Shown piece by piece: positions 8,633 to 18,827 of a stretch of 64,000 nucleotides of DNA. How positions within the stretch are numbered: position 1 is the stretch's first letter; every line of letters starts with the position of its first letter. Source of the DNA: Vampirovibrionaceae bacterium NZW_1234. GTDB taxonomy: Bacteria; Cyanobacteriota; Vampirovibrionia; Vampirovibrionales; JAGQHJ01. Under the pieces are notes generated by a model that saw only the letters and a list, made by a program, of their open reading frames with translations, was not told the origin of the DNA and ran no database searches. A program made the position numbers and the translations under genes. Where the stretch lies: the NCBI GenBank assembly GCA_041697335.1, contig JBGUGD010000039.1, forward strand, positions 64,001 through 128,000, written 5' to 3'.

Positions 8633-11482
8633 TTAAGAAAACGTCACCAGCTTCTTTACACCATCAACCGCCATCGCCTTAAGCAAATGGTAGAGCGATG
8701 CAAACTGTTGCCGGTTGTAACCGGCAGTTGCGGAGTCAACCAATCCCAAAATGGCATTATTACGACGCCGTGCATTTTTCAACATCGTCCCCAATTCGTC
8801 TAACGTGCATTGTCCGGCATCGGGTGTATCGGAGTTGTCAATCAAACGTTTTGCCACTTGAGCAGCTTCTCTGCTAAAGCGATGCCCTACTTCCTGCGAG
8901 AAAACCCTGGCTGCATCATCCAACTGGAACTGGGTCCTCATATCCGAGGGATAGGACTTGGCAGAAGGAAACCGAGAGAAGCCTCGCATCGAATCGTTAT
9001 GAACCGGATCTTTTTGAAGAAACTCCGGTTGCTCCAAAAGTTTCTCAAACGCATCATCAAGTTCTTGGCGGGTTGGCAACCCCTCTTTCACTGTTCCATC
9101 AGGTTGTTGAATTTTTAACGTGGTCACTAAACCAACCCGACGCGCTGTTTCCGCATCAAGCCGATAACCTGGCGTATTTAACTGCCAGCCCAGCACATTG
9201 TTAATCAGCTTTTTAGACCCGTTGGCCAACCATTTAAAGTTTGGCGGAAATTCATTAAAATACTTGTCCAAATCACCAATGCGCTGCTTGCCGTTCAGAA
9301 TCATGGCATAGGCCAAAGGCTTACCGGCTTTTTGAGCCAAGCGTTCCGTGCCACCCCAGGCAGGAAAGATACCTAAATTCACTTCAGGTAGTGTAAAGGT
9401 GGCTTTATCACATGCAACAATCTCATCGCATGCCAATGCAAGCTCTACACCTCCACCATAGGCATCGCCTTGAACTTTGGCAATCGTCTTAATTTTGGAA
9501 TTGGCAATGGTATCCATCACATAGCGGCCCAATTGTACCGCGCGATCAAAGTCTTTAGCATCTTTCAGGTTTTTCAGCTCATCCAGATCAGCGCCGCCAG
9601 AGAATACCTTACCACCATTGGTTTCGAGGACAATGGCTTTAATCTTATCCGGTTGTTGGTTCGCCTCTTCGACAGCCCGCTTCAAATCCAACAAGGTCTG
9701 AGAATCCAACGTATTGAAGTTATTCCCACCCATAAAGTTTTGTACTTTATCGATAGTGATGGTTTGGACCCCCGTTTTTGGATTAAAGCTGGTGGATACA
9801 TGGCTGACCTTCATTTTGTCAGAACTAAGTTCAGGGACTCGGAACGTCTCACCATAGCGTGTGCGAATGGACTCTAACGCAGAAGCCACCATGGCAGTAT
9901 GACTCAGCGGCTTTTTTGATTTTCCGAGCGACAGCCAAGAGGATTTTGGTGCTGGGCTATCTTGCTGCTGCATCCATTGAAACGGCCTAAAAGACCAGCT
10001 AAAACCTACCTGGACAATATTATCGACATCTTTGGCGTCACATAAACCTTCATCCACAATCTGCATGGCAGAGGCACAAAGAGCACCGCGAAGTCGATCT
10101 CCCACAAGCTTTTCCAACGCCTTTTTCTCCGCCGGTGTTTTGGGTTCAGGCTTATCCAATTTCGTCATACCATAGGGGAAATATTCTGCTTCAGCTTCCA
10201 GCTTCTTAATTTCCAGATCCAGTCTATCTACACCCTGCTTTTTCTGGTCTAATTGGTGCTTTTCTCGAAGCGCTTGCTTCTCAGAGTATGGTGCCTTCGA
10301 TTTCTCGAGGTTGTACTCCAGTAGAGCGACATCATACTCCCGCTGCTTAGCAGCTCGATCCTCACGAAGCTGCTTTAAGGGTCCACGCTTGATACCCTGA
10401 ACCCGTTCAAATTCTTTTTGAAGCAACTCGGAGACCTTGTAATAGGGGCCCAACTCTTCCATATTTTTGGCAATTTGTACTCCTAAATCACCATATTTCT
10501 TGAAGAGTTTAAAGGGCGGCATCAATTTTTCTTCGGCCACAACAGGCATATCTGCCAAATTGCCCCACAGAATCTTGGAAGCTATTTTATCAATGGTTTT
10601 TGGCCCAGCCAGTCCTTCTTCATAAAGCCGCATTGCTTCGGTAGCCACTGTAATCAACAAACGATTGGCGACAAATCCGGCGGAGTCCTTCTTCACCAGA
10701 ACCGGAATTTTTCCGACAGCTCTGGCATATTTCATGGTTTGCTCAACCACCTCGGGCTTGGTTACACCAGGAATAGGAACAACTTCCACCAACAGGTTCT
10801 GACGCGCAGGATCAAAGTAATGAAGCCCAATAGCACGCTCAGGATGCTTTAGAAGCTTGGCTACTTCCGAGACGCGTAACGAAGATGTGTTAGTTGCAAT
10901 TATAGTATCTTGATCAACACGGCTTTCTAGGTTCTTCAGGGTCTGCTGCTTCAAAGGCAAGTTTTCATTAATCGCTTCAATGACCAGACCCACCGAAGGA
11001 AGATCTTCACGTCGATAGCCTCCTTGTTCTGGAGTTAGGCTGAGACGCTTACTATCTAATGCACGGCCTTCGGTCTCCTTGGTAGCACGAAAGTACTCTC
11101 CAGGCTTAATAACGCCTTTAGAAGCACCAATTGCCATTTCGCGGCGCGCTTCAAATACAGCATTCAGAGCCACCTCTTCGGACATATCAGTCGTCAGACG
11201 ATTAAAACCGGCAGTAGCAGCATTTTGCATAATGCCTTGTCCCATTTTGCCGTTGCCGCCTAAAATGAGGACATATCGATCTCGGCGCATGGCCTCCAAC
11301 GAGCCAGGCTGAACCGTAAAGCGCCCAAAGCGCAATGCCTTAGAACCTCTAGCAATTCTCACCTTGGAAAACCCATCTGATTGAGGCTCTAGGAGCATTG
11401 ATGTATCAGATACAGAATTATTTTTCAGGCCTTTCGCAACCCCCTGCGCAAATAAAAGCCTCCCCTTCGCTTGAATGTCCAC
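8633..11482 (-). CDS. 3-hydroxyacyl-CoA dehydrogenase / enoyl-CoA hydratase fusion (HADH first, crotonase last)
   Basis: GGNGKMGQGI, IEAINENL..K, ATNTSSL, GLHYFDP, GFVANR; then FSGGADL, AYGGGVELALACD, LPEVNLGIFPAWGGTERL. Start uncertain (GTG 11482 after GGGAGG, or ATG 11398). Confidence 0.88.
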   Translation of the reverse strand: MDIQAKGRLLFAQGVAKGLKNNSVSDTSMLLEPQSDGFSKVRIARGSKALRFGRFTVQPGSLEAMRRDRYVLILGGNGKMGQGIMQNAATAGFNRLTTDMSEEVALNAVFEARREMAIGASKGVIKPGEYFRATKETEGRALDSKRLSLTPEQGGYRREDLPSVGLVIEAINENLPLKQQTLKNLESRVDQDTIIATNTSSLRVSEVAKLLKHPERAIGLHYFDPARQNLLVEVVPIPGVTKPEVVEQTMKYARAVGKIPVLVKKDSAGFVANRLLITVATEAMRLYEEGLAGPKTIDKIASKILWGNLADMPVVAEEKLMPPFKLFKKYGDLGVQIAKNMEELGPYYKVSELLQKEFERVQGIKRGPLKQLREDRAAKQREYDVALLEYNLEKSKAPYSEKQALREKHQLDQKKQGVDRLDLEIKKLEAEAEYFPYGMTKLDKPEPKTPAEKKALEKLVGDRLRGALCASAMQIVDEGLCDAKDVDNIVQVGFSWSFRPFQWMQQQDSPAPKSSWLSLGKSKKPLSHTAMVASALESIRTRYGETFRVPELSSDKMKVSHVSTSFNPKTGVQTITIDKVQNFMGGNNFNTLDSQTLLDLKRAVEEANQQPDKIKAIVLETNGGKVFSGGADLDELKNLKDAKDFDRAVQLGRYVMDTIANSKIKTIAKVQGDAYGGGVELALACDEIVACDKATFTLPEVNLGIFPAWGGTERLAQKAGKPLAYAMILNGKQRIGDLDKYFNEFPPNFKWLANGSKKLINNVLGWQLNTPGYRLDAETARRVGLVTTLKIQQPDGTVKEGLPTRQELDDAFEKLLEQPEFLQKDPVHNDSMRGFSRFPSAKSYPSDMRTQFQLDDAARVFSQEVGHRFSREAAQVAKRLIDNSDTPDAGQCTLDELGTMLKNARRRNNAILGLVDSATAGYNRQQFASLYHLLKAMAVDGVKKLVTFS

Positions 11483-11636
11483 GATGCATAGCCTCCCCAA
11501 AAACTGTGTATATTCTGTTATGACTTTTTCATTATCTGTAATCAATCTCAAAACGAAAGTCGCTCGTTAAGAGTTGTTACAGACCGATGTATTTTCCTGA
11601 GCCTCGACGCCAAAGAAAGAAACTCAGGCGTTCCAC

Positions 11637-11667
11637 AAAAAAAAGGCCCCAAATAATCAGGGCCTTT
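11637..11667 (-). terminator. Intrinsic terminator
   Basis: AAAGGCCC / GGGCCTTT with A run on the + side. Confidence 0.65.
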
Positions 11668-11703
11668 ATGAAACAAAATGTGTGTGTGTTCTTCAATTAA
11701 ACT

Positions 11704-12381
11704 TTAAAAATCAAAGTCTGGATCAATGCCTTGGTAACCATACCCATAGGCATCACCGTAATACCAGTTATTCAGATAATCTGGAAAAAGTCCATTGGAA
11801 GGTGTTCCTGTATATGAGGGATCATCCATGGTGCCCCAGGGCACTGGAGGTGCTGGATAATGCGGTAAATTGGGATATCCTCCTGGATAAACACCATAGG
11901 GCTCGAACTGATTCGGGTAGCCTTGAGGAGTCGGGTTCGGCAACAAGCCTTCATTACCCAAGAGCAAACCTGCAAAGAAAGCTAACATGCCTGTAATAGG
12001 GGCATAGTTGATATTGAGAATGTTGTAATATCGGTTGAATGAGTCAATATTTGTCAAATTGCCGGATTGCAAATCGCCGGCAGAGTCAAAATTACTATAG
12101 CTTGCTTGATTTCCGGAGCGACTATCACCGGACAGAAGAAAATCAATTGCATTCGGCCGGGAGTAGGCCCAGGGAGAGTTGGATGGATACGGGTAAGCCG
12201 AAAAGGGTGTTTCTTGAAAATTATCAAACCCTTGAGCATAACTGGAAAATGGGTTTACGTTAAACCCGGTATTGAAAGGAATCGAAGGACCTGCCCCTTG
12301 ATGAAAGCCAATACCACCATTATGGTAAGGCACCATTGGCCCATTAGATGGATAAATTGCTGGAGGATAAGGGACAGCCAT
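11704..12381 (-). CDS. Pro/Gly/Tyr/Asn-rich low-complexity protein with one hydrophobic segment
   Basis: 225-aa ORF, no Lys, ITGMLAFFAGLLLG segment, own terminator. Confidence 0.7.
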   Translation of the reverse strand: MAVPYPPAIYPSNGPMVPYHNGGIGFHQGAGPSIPFNTGFNVNPFSSYAQGFDNFQETPFSAYPYPSNSPWAYSRPNAIDFLLSGDSRSGNQASYSNFDSAGDLQSGNLTNIDSFNRYYNILNINYAPITGMLAFFAGLLLGNEGLLPNPTPQGYPNQFEPYGVYPGGYPNLPHYPAPPVPWGTMDDPSYTGTPSNGLFPDYLNNWYYGDAYGYGYQGIDPDFDF

Positions 12382-12714
12382 AAAACACGACCCATAATAA
12401 AACTATACTAATATAATAAAAAATATATCCTTATTAAAATTGCCTGAGCAGGAGTTGATCGCGTGGCAGTTGTAACATTTCTTTATGAGCCAGGCAAACA
12501 CCCATAGAATTCACCGCATGCAATCTGCTTTGACCGACGTGAATCCCAACATCATGGACAAGAAAGCCATTTATCAGGAAGTACATTAAAGCTTCTCTTG
12601 AAAATCTGATTTCTCGAAGTTAGCCCAACTTTGTTAGAATGAAACAATAGTGCCCACTGTTTCATCAAGGGTTCTGGTTCCTTCCCCTGCAACCATTTAT
12701 AAAGAGGTTATTCG

Positions 12715-14970
12715 GTGACACCCCCTCGAGTCCTAGTTCGCTTACTCTCAGGCGCTTTTTTGCTTTCCTTAACATCAGGTTCTGTATTTGCCTCAGCCCC
12801 TATTCCTTTACCCTTTGAACCTTTAACGCCCCCCACACCTCAGGCGCCTGTCGCGCTCAGCACTATTTCTATAGAGCCCCACCAGATTGCCCTAGCCCAG
12901 TCTGTTTCCACAGCTCCCATTCCTCAGCTTCCCAACATATCAACAAATAACAGCAATTCAGTACCCCGAAAACAGATTGTGCCGTCAACATCTTTGCCTC
13001 CCTCTGAACCGATTACGCTCCGTTCAGACTTGGATGAGCTTGCTCAAAACCCACCTCAGAAAGGCTCGCTTGAATTAACTGCAACAGATCCGGATACAGG
13101 GAAACCCGTTAATATTAACATAAACAGTGACGAACTCTCCTACGACCCCCAAACAGCCATCTATACTGTCGAAGGAAACGTCTATATAATCATCCCTGAA
13201 AAAGAAACAGAGCTTCTGGCTGATAAAGTTACTTTTGACACAAAGTTATCCACCATGGTGGCAACGGGGAACGTCTTTATCATTAATGATGGTCAAGTCT
13301 TGGGCAGTCAAATGGCCCACATGAAATTGAAAGACAATCTCTCTTTCTATGCAGAACCCCGAACCATTACCGATGATGTTCGTGTCCGGGGCAAAATCGG
13401 TCTTCGCTCGGACCAGTACACCATTATGCGAAATGGTCGTATCATTATCACCACGGAAGCAATGAATAAGATTGCTAACAGTTATTCTGGCCGTCGTCTT
13501 CGGCTAGGACCCGGTGCACATTTTGCTTACTTTACTGCCTCCAATGGTAAAGCCATTTTAAGTGGTCGGCTTCAGCAGGCATTGATTGAAGGTGCAGGAA
13601 CATTCTATGATTTAGCAGATAATAACCTGGAAGGTTCTGGACAAGCAGCGGATTTACAGGTTGCAGACAAACCTGTTAGCCCCAAGGATATTGCAATTGC
13701 TGACTATGAAGGGCTAAACAGTGATTTCAAAGTCAAAATCAAAAACATCAACGTCTATCGAAAAAAAGACGGGTTTGACAAAATTTATCTGCATCACCCC
13801 TACTTTCGATACAAGAAAGTTCCTCTATTCTATATGCCGCTCATGGATTTCGGTTATCAGGAAAATCAACGTTTCCTGACCTATTTAGGTCCAGATATTG
13901 GATTTAGCGCAGACTATGGTGGTTTCTATGCAGGACCAGGCTGGGACTTTCCTGCCTTAAAAGGATGGTTAAAGCTCTCTCCCATAGTAACTTACGGAAG
14001 CTCCGTAAGAACGACCGATTCAAACCAGGCGGAACGTATTGATAATCAACTTGGCTTTGGTTTTTTAGGCCATTATCGTGCTCCGGGAAACCAGACTGAG
14101 TTCGGATACAGTACCACTGTCCGGCAACCCATTTTGATGATGCAACAACGCCTTTTTGGGCGAAATGGCACGCGTTTGCGGTTGGGAATGAATCACTTAC
14201 AAACAAACGGATTTTTCGGGCCCGAGCGCCCAAAAGACACAGCAGAAGTTATTGATTATCGTAATTTCAACCTGGGAGATCGGTGGAGCCTTGGAACTTA
14301 TCTATCTTCTGGGGTAATGACCGATAACTTCTTCCCGACCCGAAGCACGCGTTTCTTCGTGTCCCCTAAAGGCAGCGGGCCAGTTACGGCAGGACGATTC
14401 CAAGTCCAAGGTCGCCTTCTGAATTCACAGCCCCTACTTTATCTGGGTAACTTTGGCTCGATTGGTGCTTTAGCTCAAGCCCGTCTATCAGCTTACACGA
14501 CAGGGGATGTTTACGGGATCTTACAAGCCGGTCCCTATCTTAATCTCTTGACCGGTCCGGTATTTTCCCAAATCAGTTACCGTTACGGTGTTGAGGCCGG
14601 AGAGAGCCCCTTTGTATTTGATACCTTCTTCCAAGGCCGAAATAACATTCAGACCATTAATACAATTGACCTTGGCAAATTTGTGAATATTGGTGCCGTC
14701 CATGGGTTTAACTTGGATGAAGACAATGCCCGTAACAGCTTGTTGATTGATCAACGTCTGTTTATGACGGTTGGCTCGAAGGCATTAAGATTAACTGTCG
14801 GGGTCGATCTCATACAAAAACGTTCTTTCTTTGGGATAACTATTAACCCTCAAGGGGGACAAATTGCGACAGACTACAGCAATTTGAATATCTATGAGCA
14901 GGGCTATAACCCTCGGCGCCAACCTCCGGCGCCTGTTCCAACCGATATTCTAAACTTTGTGGGACAATAG
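12715..14970 (+). CDS. lptD: LPS-assembly protein LptD-like (OstA domain plus beta-barrel)
   Basis: Signal peptide; INSDELSYD..YTVEGNV..ADKV.FD..ATGNV OstA pattern; KVPLFYMP; aromatic-rich C-terminal barrel. Confidence 0.75.
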   Translation: MTPPRVLVRLLSGAFLLSLTSGSVFASAPIPLPFEPLTPPTPQAPVALSTISIEPHQIALAQSVSTAPIPQLPNISTNNSNSVPRKQIVPSTSLPPSEPITLRSDLDELAQNPPQKGSLELTATDPDTGKPVNININSDELSYDPQTAIYTVEGNVYIIIPEKETELLADKVTFDTKLSTMVATGNVFIINDGQVLGSQMAHMKLKDNLSFYAEPRTITDDVRVRGKIGLRSDQYTIMRNGRIIITTEAMNKIANSYSGRRLRLGPGAHFAYFTASNGKAILSGRLQQALIEGAGTFYDLADNNLEGSGQAADLQVADKPVSPKDIAIADYEGLNSDFKVKIKNINVYRKKDGFDKIYLHHPYFRYKKVPLFYMPLMDFGYQENQRFLTYLGPDIGFSADYGGFYAGPGWDFPALKGWLKLSPIVTYGSSVRTTDSNQAERIDNQLGFGFLGHYRAPGNQTEFGYSTTVRQPILMMQQRLFGRNGTRLRLGMNHLQTNGFFGPERPKDTAEVIDYRNFNLGDRWSLGTYLSSGVMTDNFFPTRSTRFFVSPKGSGPVTAGRFQVQGRLLNSQPLLYLGNFGSIGALAQARLSAYTTGDVYGILQAGPYLNLLTGPVFSQISYRYGVEAGESPFVFDTFFQGRNNIQTINTIDLGKFVNIGAVHGFNLDEDNARNSLLIDQRLFMTVGSKALRLTVGVDLIQKRSFFGITINPQGGQIATDYSNLNIYEQGYNPRRQPPAPVPTDILNFVGQ

Positions 14971-14982
14971 GTCTGCAACGGA

Positions 14983-15010
14983 AAAACGACGCTTAAAAAA
15001 GCGTCGTTTT
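14983..15010. terminator. Bidirectional terminator
   Basis: AAAACGACGCTT / AAGCGTCGTTTT. Confidence 0.8.
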
Positions 15011-15046
15011 AGAGGTTTATCAGAGTTCAGAACCCAAATCTTTGGT

Positions 15047-15214
15047 TTACATACCTTCAAACAAAAAGCTGCAATCACGGCCAAGCAAGGACACTTCCAT
15101 CATCAAACCCATTGCAGGGCGAATCATCTGGCGGTGGCTCAACAGGTTCACTTCCAGGCAGCTGCTGAGGCTGAGTAAATCGGCTTGGTTGTCCATCAAA
15201 ATCATTGTTTGCAT
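15047..15214 (-). CDS. 55-aa small hypothetical protein
   Basis: AGAGGAG RBS; MQTMILMDNQADLLSLSSCLEVNLLSHRQMIRPAMGLMMEVSLLGRDCSFLFEGM; ends just before the terminator. Confidence 0.55.
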   Translation of the reverse strand: MQTMILMDNQADLLSLSSCLEVNLLSHRQMIRPAMGLMMEVSLLGRDCSFLFEGM

Positions 15215-15373
15215 AGTTTCTATCTCCTCTCTCTTATTCGTACACCGAAGTAATCTCTTCTCTATGTTTGTATAAAAACAAACATTTTGATTTTGATTCT
15301 AGTTTGTAAAGTTATTTTAATTTCAAGTTTTAAGACATAGGGAAAGTCTGCATCAGCAGTGTATTTTGCAATG

Positions 15374-16066
15374 CTAACGCTGCACAATGCGCTCCAAGGT
15401 TCGCTCAATGGCCTCTCGATCCTCAGGTGCGGCATTGGCACGAAGCTGATCCGGCGTAAGGGCTGAATTCGAGTTATTATTTTGTGGTGACGGGTTCTGA
15501 TTGTTTCCTTGCGCCCCGGCGGGATTTACCGATTGATTCGGTGAGCGACCTTCCCGAGACCCATGCAAGAGATAATGTTCGTATCCCGAGGCGAAGTCGC
15601 CACGAGCTACTGCTGCAGCCACATCCGGATTACCCGCCAAATAAAAATCCTCATCGAAGCTCCCATTACCCTGTTGACCATTCTGTCGGCTTGCATTTAC
15701 CGTGGGATTGGTTCCCAAATCCCTTTCCTCTTCCAAGCCATGATCCAGGAAATGCTGGAAAGGGTTACGGCCATAAAAGGGGTCAGCCGCTACATCTGGA
15801 TTAGCTCTTAAATAGGCTTGTCCATCGAAATTCCCACCCCCCAAGTTCCGTCCCTCGTTTTGACCATGAAGGACATAATGGGCATAGGGATTACGGCTAA
15901 AAAACGGATCGGCAGCCACATCCGGGTTCTGTCGCAAGTAAGCTTGGCCGTCAAAATTTTCACGACCGCCGGTATTTTGCTGCGCCGTATTCACCGCATT
16001 CGCCAACCGAGCCACGGCTTGAGTCAGTAAATTGGCGCGAAGTTGCGCGCTTGCCAAGGGTCCCAT
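15374..16066 (-). CDS. NPDV-repeat protein, paralog 1
   Basis: Three FD...YL..NPDVAA......H(Y/F)..(H/E/Y)G..E.R repeats; start MGPLAS chosen by similarity to paralog 2. Confidence 0.8.
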   Translation of the reverse strand: MGPLASAQLRANLLTQAVARLANAVNTAQQNTGGRENFDGQAYLRQNPDVAADPFFSRNPYAHYVLHGQNEGRNLGGGNFDGQAYLRANPDVAADPFYGRNPFQHFLDHGLEEERDLGTNPTVNASRQNGQQGNGSFDEDFYLAGNPDVAAAVARGDFASGYEHYLLHGSREGRSPNQSVNPAGAQGNNQNPSPQNNNSNSALTPDQLRANAAPEDREAIERTLERIVQR

Positions 16067-16250
16067 AACGCACCTTTCCTCAGTATTACCTATATCCATG
16101 CAGTCGTATCACTTAAAAATATAAAAACACTCATAAATTTAGCCCATGTCACTTTATTACTGCTTGTAAACCTTAAAAAAACCTTAAGGCTCTGACTGCA
16201 GGTGCATACCAAGGCCTTAATCAGGGAGAAACAAGCCCTCAAACACCGGG

Positions 16251-16796
16251 TTAAGCAATGGTTTGGTTTGGCGAGCGCCCTTCTCGGGAGCCATATAACA
16301 AGTCATGCTCATAGGCGGCGCTAAAATCCCCACGAGAAACAGCAGCGGCGACATCCGGGTTAGTTGCGAGGTAAAAGCCTTCATTAAATCCTGCACTCAG
16401 TTCAGGATTAGCCTGTCGACTCGTATTCACCCTCGGATTCGTGCCCAGATCCCGCCCCTGTTCCATACCTTCATCCAAAAAATGTTGAAAAGGACGCGTA
16501 ACATACATGGGATCAACAGCGACATCTGGGTTTGCCCGTAAATAGGCAGCGCCGTCAAAATTACCGACACCTAAATTCCGATTTTCAAACTGCCCATGCG
16601 CTGCATAATGAGCAAACGGATTACTCCTAAAAACCGGGTTCGCTGCAACATCAGGATTTGCACGCAGATAGGCCTCGCCATCAAAATTTCCGGGACCACC
16701 GGTATTACGCCTCGCCGTTTGATTTGCGTTTGCAAGCTGTCGAATAGACTGATTCATCACATTTGCACGCATTAAGGCACTAGCCAATGCACCCAT
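16251..16796 (-). CDS. NPDV-repeat protein, paralog 2
   Basis: Same three repeats and N-terminus (MGALASA..RAN); tandem duplicate. Confidence 0.8.
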   Translation of the reverse strand: MGALASALMRANVMNQSIRQLANANQTARRNTGGPGNFDGEAYLRANPDVAANPVFRSNPFAHYAAHGQFENRNLGVGNFDGAAYLRANPDVAVDPMYVTRPFQHFLDEGMEQGRDLGTNPRVNTSRQANPELSAGFNEGFYLATNPDVAAAVSRGDFSAAYEHDLLYGSREGRSPNQTIA

Positions 16797-16942
16797 AACA
16801 CACCATCCTCATCATATTTCGTATCAACGTAGCCTATACCCTAAAAATACAAAAACATCCTGTGGATATGACATGTCACATGGTCTCTAAATGTAAATGA
16901 CGCTTCCTTAGGACACCGGCAAACACCGGAAAGATCTGGCCT

Positions 16943-16976
16943 AAAAAGAAAAAAGTGTCTCTATTAAGGAGACACT
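16943..16976 (-). terminator. Orphan intrinsic terminator
   Basis: AGTGTCTC / GAGACACT stem with long U tail on the - strand. Confidence 0.65.
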
Positions 16977-17182
16977 GATTGAGCGATGAGAGATTATAGG
17001 AGAGAGAGGAGGGTAGATTATGTCATTGATGAATGACATTACTGAATTCGGCTTTCCAAGAGCATTCTGAATACTCCACAAAGATGATTTAACAACCGTT
17101 CTTTATTGAGAAATCCCGTCACAAAATGCATGAATCCGGGTTTTATATAAATAAGGGGATATTATGATTTTGGGGGGACGCG

Positions 17183-17989
17183 ATGTCGTCATCGGTGGGG
17201 ATATTTCAGCGATTTGGCCAATTCTTGGAAACCCGGCTTTTCCGCGATGAAGGCTGGATCGGGAAACTGGTGGGCGGAAATAAAAATGGAATCGCAGCCC
17301 CACTCGGAAAAGATACCGTCGAATTTTTATCTCGCAATGTCAAACCTACACCCACAAAAGGGCTGGAAGGATTTGTGCAACGTGGACTTGGTATCTTGCC
17401 TCAAGGGATTCAATCTCGCCTGGGCGGTGCTCTCAATACATTTAACAATTTACCGGGGGTCAAAAATTTATCCGGCTTTGTAAAATTCTCTCTGCTGTTT
17501 GAAGCCATCAGCAGCACCGTCGGAGGGATTAAAGACGCTGCCGAGGGCTTTAGCAAAACTCAAGGAGGCATCCTCAGCAAACTTTGGGGTGGAGTCCAGT
17601 CCGGCTTTAAGTCGGTCGTAAAATCCATTGGCACATTTGCGGCTTCCACCGCAGCTGCTGTTGGAGTCCCGTTACTTCTGGGCATTTCACCTCTGGGTGC
17701 TGCCGGGATTATTGCTGGCACAATTGGCAGCCTAGTGGTAAGTTCTTTCGCTCGTAAAGGCCTTGACAAAGTAATTGACACGCACAGCCACACCAGCCAG
17801 CCCTCTGAGCAAGAGGTCGCAGCGCAGAATGGCAACCCACTGCTGTTAGCCACCCAAACGCCTCCCGACGCCAACCTGCCATGGCAAAGCCTGAGAGGAC
17901 GCAACCCGTTTATGGGAAGGTTCAATGGGGATGACCTGTCTCGCATTCCCAAACTGGACGATCGTCTGCTGTACCCAAACTTCAACTAG
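17183..17989 (+). CDS. Gly-rich hypothetical membrane-associated protein
   Basis: 268-aa ORF, GGGGGG RBS, long Gly/Ala hydrophobic hairpin. Confidence 0.75.
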   Translation: MSSSVGIFQRFGQFLETRLFRDEGWIGKLVGGNKNGIAAPLGKDTVEFLSRNVKPTPTKGLEGFVQRGLGILPQGIQSRLGGALNTFNNLPGVKNLSGFVKFSLLFEAISSTVGGIKDAAEGFSKTQGGILSKLWGGVQSGFKSVVKSIGTFAASTAAAVGVPLLLGISPLGAAGIIAGTIGSLVVSSFARKGLDKVIDTHSHTSQPSEQEVAAQNGNPLLLATQTPPDANLPWQSLRGRNPFMGRFNGDDLSRIPKLDDRLLYPNFN

Positions 17990-18097
17990 CCTCACCATGA
18001 AACCAACCATGGAATTCCTGCAGATCCGATTTGGGATCTGACACCTGGTCGCGTATAATAGCACCAGAGATACTTTTGTGGGATGTGGGATTGATCC

Positions 18098-18754
18098 ATG
18101 CACCAAGCCCTCCAACTCACTCTGGAACAGGTAGCCAGGGACCTGGATTTATCGGAAAGCGTTGTCTTACGCTTGGCCCAATATTTTGACGTGCCCAGGA
18201 AGTATTATAAGGCGCCCAGTGGTCAGCCTCGGCTTATGTTATTTAGTCCTCAAGAGGTGGACATTTTACGGCAAACCAAAGCCAGCCTGCTTGCAGGCCG
18301 TTCTCTCCCAGAAATCAAGCAATCTTTGGCTCATGCCCTCATCTATCTTGACCGACCTGAAGTTCTGGAACCCTTATCACCAAGGTCAGCATCCGCTGGA
18401 CACCCTGCAGAAGAAACCTCTGAAGAAGAATTGCCTTTGATTGAGTACGAACAGGATCATGCATTGAAGCAATACCTGGCTCAAGAAACTTTCCGACAAT
18501 ACCGCCATAATAATGAAGCCCCCGAAGCACCTTTTCAGAGGTTGGCCCAGGCACTTAAGAAGGAACCAACGCTACAGGCATTTGAATCTATGCCGACTAA
18601 ATCTTCATTAGGGTATGTGTCCCCCCCCAGCACAACCATTTTTCCCCGCTTGGAAGCCCCCCAGCCTGAACCACTACCATCGGATTTGAAAAATCGGATT
18701 CTTGAGCTAAAACAACAATTACTCCCGATACCTGCTAGCAATAATCTTGTTTGA
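18098..18754 (+). CDS. MerR-like helix-turn-helix protein
   Basis: TLEQVARDLDLSESVVLR...LFSPQEVDILRQ...L.AGRSL.EIK winged-HTH pattern. Confidence 0.65.
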   Translation: MHQALQLTLEQVARDLDLSESVVLRLAQYFDVPRKYYKAPSGQPRLMLFSPQEVDILRQTKASLLAGRSLPEIKQSLAHALIYLDRPEVLEPLSPRSASAGHPAEETSEEELPLIEYEQDHALKQYLAQETFRQYRHNNEAPEAPFQRLAQALKKEPTLQAFESMPTKSSLGYVSPPSTTIFPRLEAPQPEPLPSDLKNRILELKQQLLPIPASNNLV

Positions 18755-18827
18755 GGGGATTTAATAAGTTGATTCCCTATCAATTGCCCATTATGTCAGG
18801 AAACCCATTCGGATTGAGGGACCTCGA

